Origin: Eledone cirrhosa
Lineage: Eukaryota
Assembly: GCA_964016885.1 (NCBI GenBank)
Contig: OZ024748.1
Coordinates: 49,600,001 to 49,664,000, forward strand
Direction: 5' to 3'
Length of the DNA: 64,000 nt
This document shows, piece by piece, positions 1 to 13,165 of the stretch. The translations under genes were made by a program, and so were the position numbers. The notes under the pieces are model-generated. The model saw only the letters and a program-made list of their open reading frames with translations. It was not told where the DNA came from and ran no database searches. The stretch's first letter is position 1. Every line of letters starts with the position of its first letter.

Positions 1-107
1 GCTGGCTGGACTAAAAAGTCACACTCGTTCAGCGTATCGGTAGGAGTTCTCCTACATGGATATAAAGTAGTGGCCGTACTCGAAAACGAGTTGGCAGCCA
101 CCATGTA
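1..107 (+). mobile_element. 3' end of RTE-like LINE (same family as 34300-34565)
   Basis: Near-identical to 34461-34567 and ends in (TATG)n. Confidence 0.7.
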
Positions 108-204
108 TGTATGTAACAAGTATATGTGTGTATATATGTACATACAGGAATTGTGACTAAGACAGATTAAATTTCCTTATTTTAATTAACTCTTTGTATA
201 TACC

Positions 205-226
205 ACACACACACACACACATATAT

Positions 227-317
<91 letters not shown>

Positions 318-320
318 CAC

Positions 321-355
<35 letters not shown>

Positions 356-445
356 CATATATATATATATATACTGTATATATATATATACTGTGTGTGT
401 ATATATATATATATATATACACATATATACATACATATATATACA

Positions 446-483
<38 letters not shown>

Positions 484-517
484 CATATATATATATACTG
501 TATATATATATATACTG

Positions 518-548
<31 letters not shown>

Positions 549-636
549 GTATATATATATACTGTATATATATATATATATATACATACATATATATACA
601 TATATATACATACATATATATACATATATATATATA

Positions 637-697
<61 letters not shown>

Positions 698-733
698 TAT
701 ACATACATATATATACATATATATATATATATA

Positions 734-795
<62 letters not shown>

Positions 796-812
796 TGAGA
801 GAGAGAGAGAGG
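205..812. repeat. Compound (CA)n/(TA)n/(GA)n microsatellite
   Basis: Direct reading. Confidence 0.95.
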
Positions 813-1214
813 TGGGGGAGATACAGAGATGCAGACATGTTTTGTAATTGATTGAATAAATATGTATGTGTTAACAAGATCGTGTGTAATTATCATTAGA
901 GTCACTAATTATCTTCTGCTAAATGTCTGACATTTAGTACTATCATATATTATAGGTAGAAACAACTGTACCTAGTTAACTACTTCACACACCATTCTTA
1001 CCTCGTTACACTATCACATATATCTTCTTCTTCTTCTTCTTCTTCTTCTTCTTTTTCTTCTTTTTCTTCTTTTTTCTCCCTTTTTTTTCCTTTTCCTTTT
1101 TCTTCTTTTTTCTTTTTCTTCTTTTTCTTCTTTTTTTTTCTTTTCCTTTTTCTTTTTCTTCTTTTTCTTTTTCTTTTTGTTTCTTCTTCTTCTCCCCACC
1201 TCCCTGCTCCTCCT

Positions 1215-1285
<71 letters not shown>

Positions 1286-1288
<3 letters not shown>

Positions 1289-1482
1289 CGAGTAGGACCC
1301 CGACGGCTGAGCTCAAGCCGTTTCGACGGCTAATTCTGGACTAGTAGTCCAGAATTAGCCGTTTCGACGGCTTGAGCTCAGCCGTCGGGGTCCTACTCGT
1401 TCCTATTACCCACTCTACTACCCTAAGTATTGAGTACTTTGGTGCGTTATGGTCCACCTGGTTCCTTACCACATTTCCTTCG

Positions 1483-1485
<3 letters not shown>
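1286..1485 (+). mobile_element. About 200-bp palindrome-plus-tail element in (TA)n, copy 1
   Basis: Palindrome 1286-1402 plus a unique tail. Homologous to 3760-3959 and 43505-43700. Confidence 0.8.
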
Positions 1486-1518
<33 letters not shown>

Positions 1519-1522
<4 letters not shown>

Positions 1523-1833
1523 GTTTCTACTTTAGGCACAAGGCCAGCAATTACCCAGTGCATTACTGGTACTTTATTTTATCGACCCCGTAAGGATGAA
1601 AGGCAAAGTCAACCTCGGCGGGATATATATAATACACGTGTTTCTAAAAATCCTCAACAGACATTTAAATCTGGTGTTTTTATCTACAGTACATTCTGAG
1701 TTACGGCCCTTGCCATTCTGAGTTCGAATCCCGCCGAGCTTAACTTTGCCTTTCATCCTTACGGGGTCGATAAAATAAAGTACCAGTAATGCACTGGGTA
1801 ATTGCTGGCCTTGTGCCTAACGTAGAAACAATT
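1519..1833. mobile_element. Two partial SINE family A copies in inverted orientation
   Basis: 1519-1623 (-) and 1696-1833 (+) match the SINE A 3' half. Confidence 0.8.
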
Positions 1834-2815
1834 ATATCTTAATACATAGGCTTCTTCACCTGATTGCATTAGCCTGTAGAGATGTGAGGGCAGAGGGTGT
1901 AACAACCCCGGGCATCTATTTCAGGGCAAGTGTGGAGTGGCATCAAACCAAATATTCATGCAGGGTTATCCATTTAATACGGTTGCTGAGTTCAGGGCCC
2001 ACTTAGATTTCTCAAGCGCCTATCAAAAATCTGCGCCCAGATCAAAAAGGCTGATAAAAAAAAACAACTTAAAATTCGATGTGTAAGTTTAGCCCAAACT
2101 TATATGATTGATTTTATATTGATTTGACGTGTTTATTTCGTTTTCTTTGCTCACATTCCTCAGTAGTAGGTCTTAACTTGAGTCTTACGGGAATACAATC
2201 AATGAGTTTTTATTTATTTATTTATTGCTTTCTAGTCGTGTATAAATTTGAAATATAAAAATAAAAATGTGTATAAAGGAAAAAAGTATGACACTATTTA
2301 CAAAGAAGGGAATAAAAAGTTCTTATGAATGGAATGAAATGGTTCATTATTGAGAATGTGTTAATCAGGCTAGTGAAACCACTGACAAGGATTACCATGA
2401 CGGCTTCTAAAAGGCCCAATTTATGCTAAGACATTTTTTATTTTATTTACAAATTTTGAAACAGTTTTCTGGCTCCGGGTATCACCAAATCTCAGTCCGC
2501 CACTGCCTGGCTGTCATGACATAACTACCAATTAGTGCACCCACCACACATCTACCTTCCCTACTTATTTTATTTCCTAATAACTTTCTTAATGATGAAT
2601 ATATTTTAATAATAACAAGATTGTTGTGATATATTTCCAAAGTGTAGATTACGCTTATGTTGGGGAAATTAAAAGAAAAAAAAAGAGTATTTTTCTAATT
2701 ATCATTTTTCTTTCCTTTGTTTTTTTACGGTTCATAGTTATAGAAATGATATTGCTCCCGTATATATATATATACTTACACACACACATATATATATATG
2801 TAAGTATGCACACGT

Positions 2816-2850
<35 letters not shown>

Positions 2851-2885
2851 CACATATATTCTTAAGGGTTATATAGAACATTAAT

Positions 2886-3076
2886 AATTGTTTCTACTTT
2901 TGGCACAAGACCAGCAAATTACCCAGTACATTACTGGTACTTTATTTTATCGACCCCATAAGGATGAAAGGCAAAGTTAACCTCGGCGGGATTTGAACTC
3001 AGAATGGCAAGGGCCGTAACTCTATGCTAGAAAGCATGGCGTCCGACCCTCTCCCGATACTGCCAATCCACCGCCC
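2886..3076 (-). mobile_element. tRNA-derived SINE family A, full length
   Basis: Reverse complement of the family A consensus (A box TGGCAGTATCGG, B box GAGTTCAAATCC). Confidence 0.85.
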
Positions 3077-3458
3077 TTAAAAGGTTATATGTACCTCTTG
3101 ACCAGGATTGAACCCAAGGACAGGATCTCCACCGTCTCTAGTACTTACCGCTAGGCCACAGAACACTAATAATAATGTTCGATTCGTTTGCAAACAAACA
3201 GCACGGTTTGAAGCTGAGCCGTGCTGGTGATCGATCGTCATCTGTTTGTTCAACTTTGAGGAACAATCAACATGTTTCTGGGTCATTACCCTTCACCAGG
3301 ACTGTATACCAGTCTGTTGAAGGGTTGAAAATATTATTCGTCAATATATCGATTTACCATGATCAATCAAGCCTTTTAAACAATGAACAAACAAGAACGT
3401 ATTTTTTTATTTTTTTTTATTTTCATTATTCAATATATAATAATAATAATAATAATAA

Positions 3459-3500
<42 letters not shown>

Positions 3501-3634
3501 TTATTTCCGTAGGAAGGGTAAAGGAAAGGAGAGTGCTCTATGTAAGCTACAGAGCTATTTAGTTATGTAATAAACAGCATAAGACAATTATTCCAGTTAC
3601 CAAAGGTTTCACGAAGACAGACGAGCTCAACACA

Positions 3635-3702
3635 AAGGTTCTGATGAGCGATTTCAGACGTCTGTGTTGAGCTCGTCTGTCTTCGTGAAACCTTTGGTAA
3701 AT
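3635..3702 (+). ncRNA. Candidate hammerhead ribozyme core in a fold-back element
   Basis: CTGATGA (3641-3647), stem II gcga/tcgt plus agacg/cgtct, GAAA (3687-3690), then CC-TTT-GG-TA. Stem I is only about 3 bp. Confidence 0.45.
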
Positions 3703-3759
<57 letters not shown>

Positions 3760-3763
<4 letters not shown>

Positions 3764-3954
3764 CGAAGGAAATGTGGTAAGGAACCAGGTGGACCATAAC
3801 GCACCAAAGTACTCAATACTTAGGGTAGTAGATTGGGTAATAGGAACAAGTAAGACCCCGACGGCTGAGCTCAAGCCGTTTCGACGGCTAATTCTGGACG
3901 TCCAGAATTAGCCGTCGAAACGGCTTGAGCTCAGCCGTCGGGGTCTTACTTGTT

Positions 3955-3959
<5 letters not shown>
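3760..3959 (-). mobile_element. About 200-bp palindrome-plus-tail element in (TA)n, copy 2
   Basis: Tail 3760-3840 is the reverse complement of the copy 1 tail. Palindrome at 3840-3959. Confidence 0.8.
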
Positions 3960-3991
<32 letters not shown>

Positions 3992-4709
3992 TTTATATAA
4001 TCTCTATTTATTTCATTATATATATTTCGAAGATAAAAAGTTTTACGTATAACATATGCCCTTCCCCTAACTCCAACCACATTTAAAGTGTGTGGTGGGT
4101 GCTTTTTGTCGTGTCACCTACACGACCACTTTATATACGTATGTAGTTGATGGCCGAGAGAAAAGAATACTCAATACCGAAGTAGAGATTAAATGTTCAT
4201 TTTATTAAGGCTAAATATTGAGTCTTGTTACTGTGGAGTGTCAGCTGCTTCTCGCAGTCTCAGCAGACTGGATCTTAACATTCAATAGTAGAGACAGTAG
4301 AAATAAGGAAAGACTAAGGTGGGGAGGGAAGGATTAATTGAAGAAGGAAATTTATTGTTTCTACTTTTGGCACAAGGCCAGCAATTACCCAGTACATTAC
4401 TGGTACTTTTTTTTATCGACCCCGTAAGGATGAAAGGCAAAGTTAACCTCGGCGGGAGTTGAACACTGGAAGGAAATTAATAAGATGAAAATAGAAATGA
4501 GTTGCGACGTCACTGGTTCCAAAGACTTTCGCCTTTCTCTTGGACAACATCTGTGATGTGTGGAAGGGAGTCTGGTGTACATGGATGACTGGTGGTTTTC
4601 CACAAATAACCTTACCTGGGATTGAAGAGGGGAACTTCCTAGGTACAAATCCCATGGTCTTTACTCTTTTTATATATACATGTTTATTGAAACAAACACA
4701 CACACACAC

Positions 4710-4841
<132 letters not shown>

Positions 4842-5010
4842 GAACGAATCCCTATGATGTGCTCCGAAGCGAATTATCTACCCACGTGGCATAGTTTCCA
4901 TAGAACAGATAATAGAAAGCAAGGTCAAAGCGTTGGCTTTTATGCCACTGCCATTAAACCGATCTAAATTCCCCATATATATATGCATCTACATACACAC
5001 ACACACGCAC

Positions 5011-5045
<35 letters not shown>

Positions 5046-5164
5046 TATGCGTAAACATGCATCTTCACTCAAATTTGTGTCTTTATTGGTGTTTGACCAA
5101 TTTTAAGATTTTATGTGTATATGGTTGAGGGGTTCCTGTGGTGGGTAGTGTCATTGCGGTGTGG

Positions 5165-5385
5165 GCTTCCAGTTGGATAAGAATTGTGTCTTTTGATGCA
5201 AGCATGATCTGAGGTATAGACCCTGTAAAATCCTGAATTTCTCACTTAGGCAGAGCGAGCATTTTTTGCTTCCATTTTTATATGGTATTGATTTTCGAGC
5301 ACTTTCCATGCGATGTCATGGGGTATTCCTTTTTCTTTTAGCTGCTAGACCCCTTTTGCCAGTGCTGGGCGTTTTAATGTTGTTA
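5165..5385 (-). mobile_element. Penelope-like retroelement GIY-YIG endonuclease C-terminal fragment (degenerate)
   Basis: Minus strand reads PALAKGV*QLKEKGIPHDIAWKVLE/SIPYKNGSKKCSLCLSEKFRILQG...SCLHQKTQFLSNWK, resembling the PLE W..LK...I.W.I...PY....K.C.LCL.EK...C.H motif. Contains a stop and a frameshift. Confidence 0.75.
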
Positions 5386-6059
5386 TGTCTAAATGGGGAA
5401 AGGGATTGGTAGAATCTTTGTTTAAATTGGTCCTGGACCATACCTACATATTTTTGCAGCTCTGCGGTATTTATTCTGGCTCTTTACATTCTGAGTTCAA
5501 ACCACACCGAGGTTGACTTTGACTTTATTGTCCTTCCCCCAAATTTGCTGTTCTTCTGCCTAAATAGTTCGATCCCACTGTTTCAATAAATCATTTCCAC
5601 GTGTTTTTTTTAATGTTGGTTTATAAATATATTTTGACATTAGTTTATTGTGTTTTCACTCTGCTCATTTAAAAAAGATTCCTGTTCTTTCATTAGTTAA
5701 CTCTTTTGTTACAATATTTCTAATAAGACACACAATTCATGATTTTAAAATTATCTTGCAAATAATCAAGAATTTAGAGGGATTTAGTAATATATAACTT
5801 CCACATTATTGAGCTGGTGTTTGGAACATAACTTAACAAAGGTCCTTACACATAATTATAATAGGATTTTAGATAAACATAAACACATTAAAACAGATCG
5901 TAGAATCGGGGACGGTTTGGTATTAAAAAAAAGTGTTAATATCTTATTTCTACACTTCCCATGATTTGTATTGGTTCCCTTGGTTACCAAACAATTTCAC
6001 CTTTCTACCCTAGTTTTTAACCTCGCAAACAATATCTTCTACGTTATACAAACTATCTC

Positions 6060-6925
6060 CACCACCCACCACCACCACCACTCACCATCTCCACCCACCA
6101 TCACTACTACCACTACCACCACCACCGCCGCCACCACCACTACTACCACTACACCACCACTACCACTAATAACACTACCACCCACCATCTCCACCCACCA
6201 CCACTGCTACCACCACTGCCACTACTACCACTACCACCACCACTACTACCACTACCACCACCACCACCACCACCGCCGCCACCACCACTACTACCACTAA
6301 CACCACCACCACTAATAACACCACCACCACCACCACCTACCACTACCACCCACCATCACCACCACTGCCAAACACCACCACCACCATCACTACACGCCAC
6401 CACCACCACCATCACCAACACCACCCCAATCTCCACCACCATCACCCTCCACCACTACGACCACCACCTCCACCACTAACACCACCACCACCCACCACCC
6501 ACCACCATCACCACCACTACACGCCACCACCACCACCACCACCACCACCACCACCACTACCTCCACCACCATCACCCACCACCACCACCGCTACCACCAC
6601 CACCACCACTACCACCACCTCCACCACTACCACCATACACCTCCATCACCGCCTACCACCACCTCCACCACCACCACCACCACCACCACCATCATCAACA
6701 CCACCACTACCTTCACCACCATCACCCACCACCACCACCACCATCACCAACACTACGACCACCACCATCACCAACACCACCACTACCTCCACCACCATCA
6801 CCCACCACCACCACCATCACCCACCACCACCACTACCACCACCTCCACCAATACCACCACTACCCACCACCATACACCTCCATCACCGCCTACCACCACC
6901 ACTACCACCACCACCACCACCACCT
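6060..6925. repeat. (ACC)n-rich low-complexity tract
   Basis: Direct reading. Confidence 0.95.
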
Positions 6926-7111
6926 TTTTTGTCAATGAAATTTTCCTTTAAAGAAGCCAGTTGCTATGGTAACTCAGTAGTCGATTTAGTGCCCCAGACG
7001 CCATTGTAGTTCCGAGTATAATAGGGATCAATAGGGAAGAGACTAATGACCCCACCCCACCCGGTAGAGCAGACCTGTATATTTAGGTTAGTGTGTGTGT
7101 ATATATATATG

Positions 7112-7159
<48 letters not shown>

Positions 7160-7298
7160 TGAAATTGTGTTATAACGAAATTCATGGGGTGTAGCGAAAA
7201 ATTCTTTATAACGAGATCGACTTAACACATTGAGTGTGTGGACTTTGATTGAAAAAAATTTCGTTATACTGAAAAATTCGTTATAATAGTATTTTACT

Positions 7299-7339
<41 letters not shown>

Positions 7340-7504
7340 ATGTATGTATATATACTCATGTATATATATATATATATATATATGGAAAGTTATATTTAAA
7401 TTGTTGGGTTACAACTAGTAAATATTTATAACTGATATAAAAGCACACAAATATTTGGAGTATATTTACAATATTAAATAAATGGAAACTATATTTATAA
7501 AACC

Positions 7505-7581
7505 ATATTTATTTCATTATATATATTTCAGGGATATCATATTAACAATATGCTATGCCTTCCTCAGACAAAATACAATAT
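7505..7581 (-). ncRNA. Mirror copy of the candidate hammerhead ribozyme
   Basis: Exact reverse complement of 7654-7730, within a 123-bp inverted repeat arm. Confidence 0.7.
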
Positions 7582-7653
7582 AAACAGTTTTATAGATAAA
7601 TAGATTCGACATACCGTAACAACATCGACTTGTATTTGAAAAGGTAACTGTTT

Positions 7654-7730
7654 ATATTGTATTTTGTCTGAGGAAGGCATAGCATATTGTTAATATGATA
7701 TCCCTGAAATATATATAATGAAATAAATAT
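7654..7730 (+). ncRNA. Candidate minimal type I hammerhead ribozyme
   Basis: CTGAGGA core (7668-7674), hairpin stem II (7675-7705), GAAA (7706-7709), then T-ATAT-ATA palindromic stem III with an AUA site. Stem I pairs atatt(g)tattttgt with atgaaataaatat. Confidence 0.7.
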
Positions 7731-7762
7731 GGTTTTATAAATATAGTTTCCATTTATTTAAT

Positions 7763-7998
<236 letters not shown>

Positions 7999-8132
7999 AA
8001 GTGAAAGTTGAAAGTACGGAAGTATAACCTTGTGGAACACTTGAAATAGTTTTCATGTGCCAGGGAATCCTTCGTAATTGCTGGCCTTGTGCCAAAAAGT
8101 AGAAACAATTATTATATATCATTATTGATGTG

Positions 8133-8501
8133 GGGGCGGTGGATTGGCAGTATCGGTAGAGGGTCGGACGCCATGCTTTGACGCATAGAGTTACGTCTCT
8201 TTACGATCTGAGTTCAAATCCCGCCGAGGTTAACTTTGCCTTTCAACCTTACGAAGTCGATAAAATAAAGTACCAGTAATGTACTGAGTAATTGCTGGCC
8301 CTGTGCCAAAAGTAGAAACAATTATTGATATATCGGTAGAGGGTCGGACGCCATGCTTTACAGCATAGTTACGTCCCTTTACGATCTGAGTTCAAATCCC
8401 GCCGAGGTTGACTTTCCCTTTCATCCTTACGGGGGCGATAAAATAAAGTACCAGTAATGTACTGAGTAATTGCTGGCCTTGTGCCTAAAGTAGAAACAAT
8501 T
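8133..8501 (+). mobile_element. Tandem SINE family A copies
   Basis: Full copy 8133-8323 followed by a 5'-truncated copy 8330-8501. Confidence 0.85.
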
Positions 8502-9217
8502 ATTGATATCTAAATGCATTAGCTTATCTATTACTGTTTCTCGGGGAACACCTAGCGACCTCTTGCTGAGCGGGAGAGTTCCGGGTGTAAACACCGGTTG
8601 AGAAACGCTGCTGTAGAAAGTAGAAAGTAATTAAGACTTTGAAAACTGGTTCTGTGTTATTACGAGTAGGTCAATAAATACATATTTCTTTTAATAGTAA
8701 GTATATATAAAGTATGGTGGCAAATTGGCAGAATTATTAGAACGTCGGATAAAATACTTTGCAGTATTTGTTCCGGCTCTCTGCTCTTTACCAGTTCAAA
8801 TCCGGTTATGGTCAACTTTGCCTTTCATCTATTCAAGGTCGATAAAAATAGTACCAGTCAAATACTGGGGTCGATTCTTCTTCAATGTCTCTTTCTCACT
8901 TCCATTCCCTCACCCTCATTCTCTAGCCTTCTCTTGAAGAAATATGCTGAATACAGACCCGGAAAGGGATCGGCTCTGCTAAGCTTAAAAAAGGGCCTTA
9001 GAAATGTCATATGCCACTACAGCGCCGTTACGACTCTATCAGGAGTCGAAATAGTTTAATTAAATACTGATTAAAAGGTACTGAAACCAACGCTACTTTA
9101 ATGGTACAGACCCAGGCGGTATAGGTTGTGGGGTTCTCTCAAGCTTGAACAACACGACATCCTAGCTACCTCGTGGTCACGGCAGATAGAATGGAGAAAA
9201 CTGAGTGGGGGGAAATT

Positions 9218-9246
9218 GTAGTAATAGTAGTAGCAGTAGCAGTAGA

Positions 9247-9278
<32 letters not shown>

Positions 9279-9279
9279 T

Positions 9280-9334
<55 letters not shown>

Positions 9335-9435
9335 ACAGTAGTGGTAGTAGTAGTAGCAGCAGCAGTAATATTAGTAGTAGTAGTAACAGTAGTAGTAGCA
9401 GTAGTAGAAGCAGCAATAGTAGCAGTAGCAGCAGC

Positions 9436-9467
<32 letters not shown>

Positions 9468-9492
9468 AAGCAGCAATAGTAGTAGTAGTAGT

Positions 9493-9524
<32 letters not shown>

Positions 9525-9705
9525 TAGTAGCAGTAGTAGCAGCAGTAGCAGTAGTAGAAGCAGCAATAGTAGTAGTAGTAGCAACAGCAGCAGTAGTAAC
9601 ATCAGCATCAGCAGTAGTAGTATTAGCAGTAGCAATAGTTGTAGTAGTTGCAGCAGCAGCAGCAGCAATAGTAGTAATAGTAATAGCTGTAACAGCAGCA
9701 GCAGC

Positions 9706-9770
<65 letters not shown>

Positions 9771-9848
9771 CAGCAGCAGTACTAGTTGCAGTAGTAGTAA
9801 AAATGTTAGTAGCAATAGTAGTAGTAACAAGAGCCAGAGCAGTAATAA

Positions 9849-9899
<51 letters not shown>

Positions 9900-9918
9900 C
9901 AGCAGCAGTACTAGTTGC

Positions 9919-9949
<31 letters not shown>

Positions 9950-10176
9950 ACAACAGCCATAGCAGTAATAATAGTAAAAGTAGAAGTAGTAGTAGTAGTA
10001 GTAGCAGCAGTACTAGTTGCAGTAGTAGTAGTAGTAGTAGTAGTAGCAGCAGTACGAGTTGCTGTAGTAGTAAAAATGTTAGTAGCAATAGTAGTAGTAG
10101 TAACAACAGCCATAGCAGTAATAATAGTAAAAGTAGAAGTAGTAGTAGTAGTAGTAGCAGCAGTACTAGTTGCAGC

Positions 10177-10211
<35 letters not shown>

Positions 10212-10298
10212 CAGCAGTTCTAGTTGCAGTAGTAGTAAAAATGTTAGTAGCAATAGTAGTAGTAACAACAGCCATAGCAGTAATAATAGTAAAAGTAA

Positions 10299-10349
<51 letters not shown>

Positions 10350-10391
10350 CAGCAGTACTAGTTGCAGTAGTAGTAAAAATGTTAGTAGCAA

Positions 10392-10427
<36 letters not shown>
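9218..10427. repeat. (GTA)n/(GCA)n compound trinucleotide array with higher-order repeats
   Basis: Direct reading. Explains the poly-T/V/L/S ORFs. Confidence 0.95.
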
Positions 10428-10578
10428 CGGTGACGGTGGTATTGATTGATTTTTTTTGATTTTTTTTTGCCAAGTACTTGCTGGAATATGTGTTGTGTAT
10501 TGTCAAAATAAATGAATGAATCTGTGAAAGAATGAACGCTGGAACTTGTAACAAATTATGAATGGGGCTATATAACAT

Positions 10579-10772
10579 AATTGTTTCTACTTTTTGGCAC
10601 AAGGCAAGCAATTACCCAGTGCATTACTGGTACTTTATTTTATTGACCCCATAAGGATGAAAGGCAAAGTTAAGCTCGGCGAGATTCGAACTCAGAATGG
10701 CAAGGGCCGTAACTCTATCCGTCAAAGCATGGCGTCCGACCCTCTACCGATTCTACTGCCAATCCACCACCC
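10579..10772 (-). mobile_element. SINE family A
   Basis: Reverse complement of the consensus. Confidence 0.85.
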
Positions 10773-10987
10773 AATAATATAATAAATATATTATACAAGT
10801 GTTTTGGTAATCAAGTTCACTGAAGGGATGTTGTTGTTGATGTTGTTATTGGATGTCTTTAGCAGCAGCAGTAGTTTTCAACCTCAACAACAACAGCAAC
10901 AGTAGTATTACTACTGTTGCCGATGTATATCTTATCCACATGATGGATTCTTTGTTTGTGTTCCAACTGACCTTTCCTACATTTCCT

Positions 10988-12300
10988 GAATGTCCTTCTT
11001 CCAAATCAACTCCCTGAATGTCCTTCCAAATCAACTCCCTGAATGTCCTTCTTCCAAATCAACTCCCTAAATGTCCTTCTTCCAAATCAACTCCCTGAAT
11101 GTCCTTCTTCCAAATCAACTCCCTGGATGTCCTTCTTCCAAATCAACTCCCTGAATGTCCTTCTTCCAAATCAACTCCCTAAATGTCCTTCTTCCAAATC
11201 AACTCCCTGAATGTCCTTCTTCCAAATCAACTCCCTAAATGTCCTTCTTCCAAATCAACTCCCTGGATGTCCTTCTTCCAAATCAACTCCCTGGATGTCC
11301 TTCTTCCAAATCAACTCCCTGAATGTCCTTCTTCCAAATCAACTCCCTGAATGTCCTTCTTCCAAATCAACTCCCTAAATGTCCTTCTTCCAAATCAACT
11401 CCCTGGATGTCCTTCTTCCAAATCAACTCCCTGAATGTCCTTCTTCCAAATCAACTCCCTGAATGTCCTTCTTCCAAATCGACTCCCTGAATGTCCTTCT
11501 TCCAAATCAACTCCCTGAATGTCCTTCTTCCAAATCAACTCCCTGAATGTCCTTCTTCCAAATCAACTCCCTAAATGTCCTTCTTCCAAATCAACTCCCT
11601 GGATGTCCTTCTTCCAAATCAACTCCCTGAATGTCCTTCTTCCAAATCAACTCCCTAAATGTCCTTCTTCCAAATCAACTCCCTGAATGTCCTTCTTCCA
11701 AATCAACTCCCTAAATGTCCTTCTTCCAAATCAACTCCCTGAATGTCCTTCTTCCAAATCAACTCCCTGAATGTCCTTCTTCCAAATCAACTCCCTGAAT
11801 GTCCTTCTTCCAAATCAACTCCCTGAATGTCCTTCTTCCAAATCAACTCCCTGGATGTCCTTCTTCCAAATCGACTCCCTGAATGTCCTTCTTCCAAATC
11901 AACTCCCTGAATGTCCTTCTTCCAAATCAACTCCCTGAATGTCCTTCTTCCAAATCAACTCCCTAAATGTCCTTCTTCCAAATCAACTCCCTGAATGTCC
12001 TTCTTCCAAATCAACTCCCTGAATGTCCTTCTTCCAAATCAACTCCCTGAATGTCCTTCTTCCAAATCAACTCCCTGAATGTCCTTCTTCCAAATCAACT
12101 CCCTGAATGTCCTTCTTCCAAATCAACTCCCTGAATGTCCTTCTTCCAAATCAACTCCCTGGATGTCCTTCTTCCAAATCGACTCCCTGAATGTCCTTCT
12201 TCCAAATCAACTCCCTGAATGTCCTTCTTCCAAATCAACTCCCTGAATGTCCTTCTTCCAAATCAACTCCCTGAATGTCCTTCTTCCAAATCAACTCCCT
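10988..12300. repeat. 28-bp minisatellite, about 47 copies
   Basis: Unit gaatgtccttcttccaaatcaactccct. Confidence 0.95.
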
Positions 12301-13092
12301 AAATCAATTCACTCCATCAGTCTCATTATTTTTTTAGTGTAATAAATTTATTGTTCATAGAAGTATAAACTAGTTAAACATATAAAAAAAGAAAGCAGTA
12401 TTGGAAAGGACTATCAATGCCATACATAAGAGGAAAAGGAGGGAAAGAGCAAGGGCTATTAGGCAGAGGAAGAAAGAAAGGAGGAAGGGGAGAGGGTGAC
12501 AGACTCTACACCTAGGTCAGAGCGGTGTTTTAACTGCACCCCTCGGACAAAATGGCAAAGGTTTTTTTTGTGTGGCAATGGCCAGCAACATCCGCTGTAA
12601 CAGCCACGCCACCTTGCAGGGCTCCTTCCTTAGATGGGCTGCTGTCGTTCTGATTTTATGAAGGAGGTCATTGATACCTTGTTTTATTGGCCAGGAAAAG
12701 TTGACCTAGGCAAGATTTGAACTCAGAAAAAGAGATGGAACAAATATATTTTTTCCACCAGACACAGTAAACCCTGGACATTTTCCAATAGGAGACATAG
12801 TATATCTAGGGTTACATTACCTTATGTGTCCTTCAGTTACTTCTCTATGATTTGAGGGAGATTTGGTTGCGATTTCTGGCAAATAAAGGAACTATATAGT
12901 GGTGCCAGCATTGGCTCATATTGGCATATATCAATTATTCCAGCTCTCGAGAGGATTCATCAGCCCATTTGATTCAGATCAGACATGGACAGCCTTCTTT
13001 GAATAGTGAGAGAGAGAGAGAGAGAGAGGGAGGGAGTGTGTGTGCTTGGGAGAGAGTGTGTGTGTATGTAAGGGTGTGTAAGAGAGAGAGAT

Positions 13093-13165
<73 letters not shown>

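Noticed and set aside
182-905. Long YI/HT/CV-repeat ORFs here and at 7.7, 22.2, 32.4, 34.5, 45.6 and 63.6 kb
   Set aside because: Translations of stop-free microsatellites.
9166-10611. Mucin-like or antifreeze-like poly-Thr/Ala ORF of 481 aa
   Set aside because: Trinucleotide array open in four frames. It starts inside a SINE and has no splice or domain support.
10988-12300. CRISPR-like regular arrays here and at the other minisatellites
   Set aside because: No unique spacers, no cas genes, and the context is eukaryotic.
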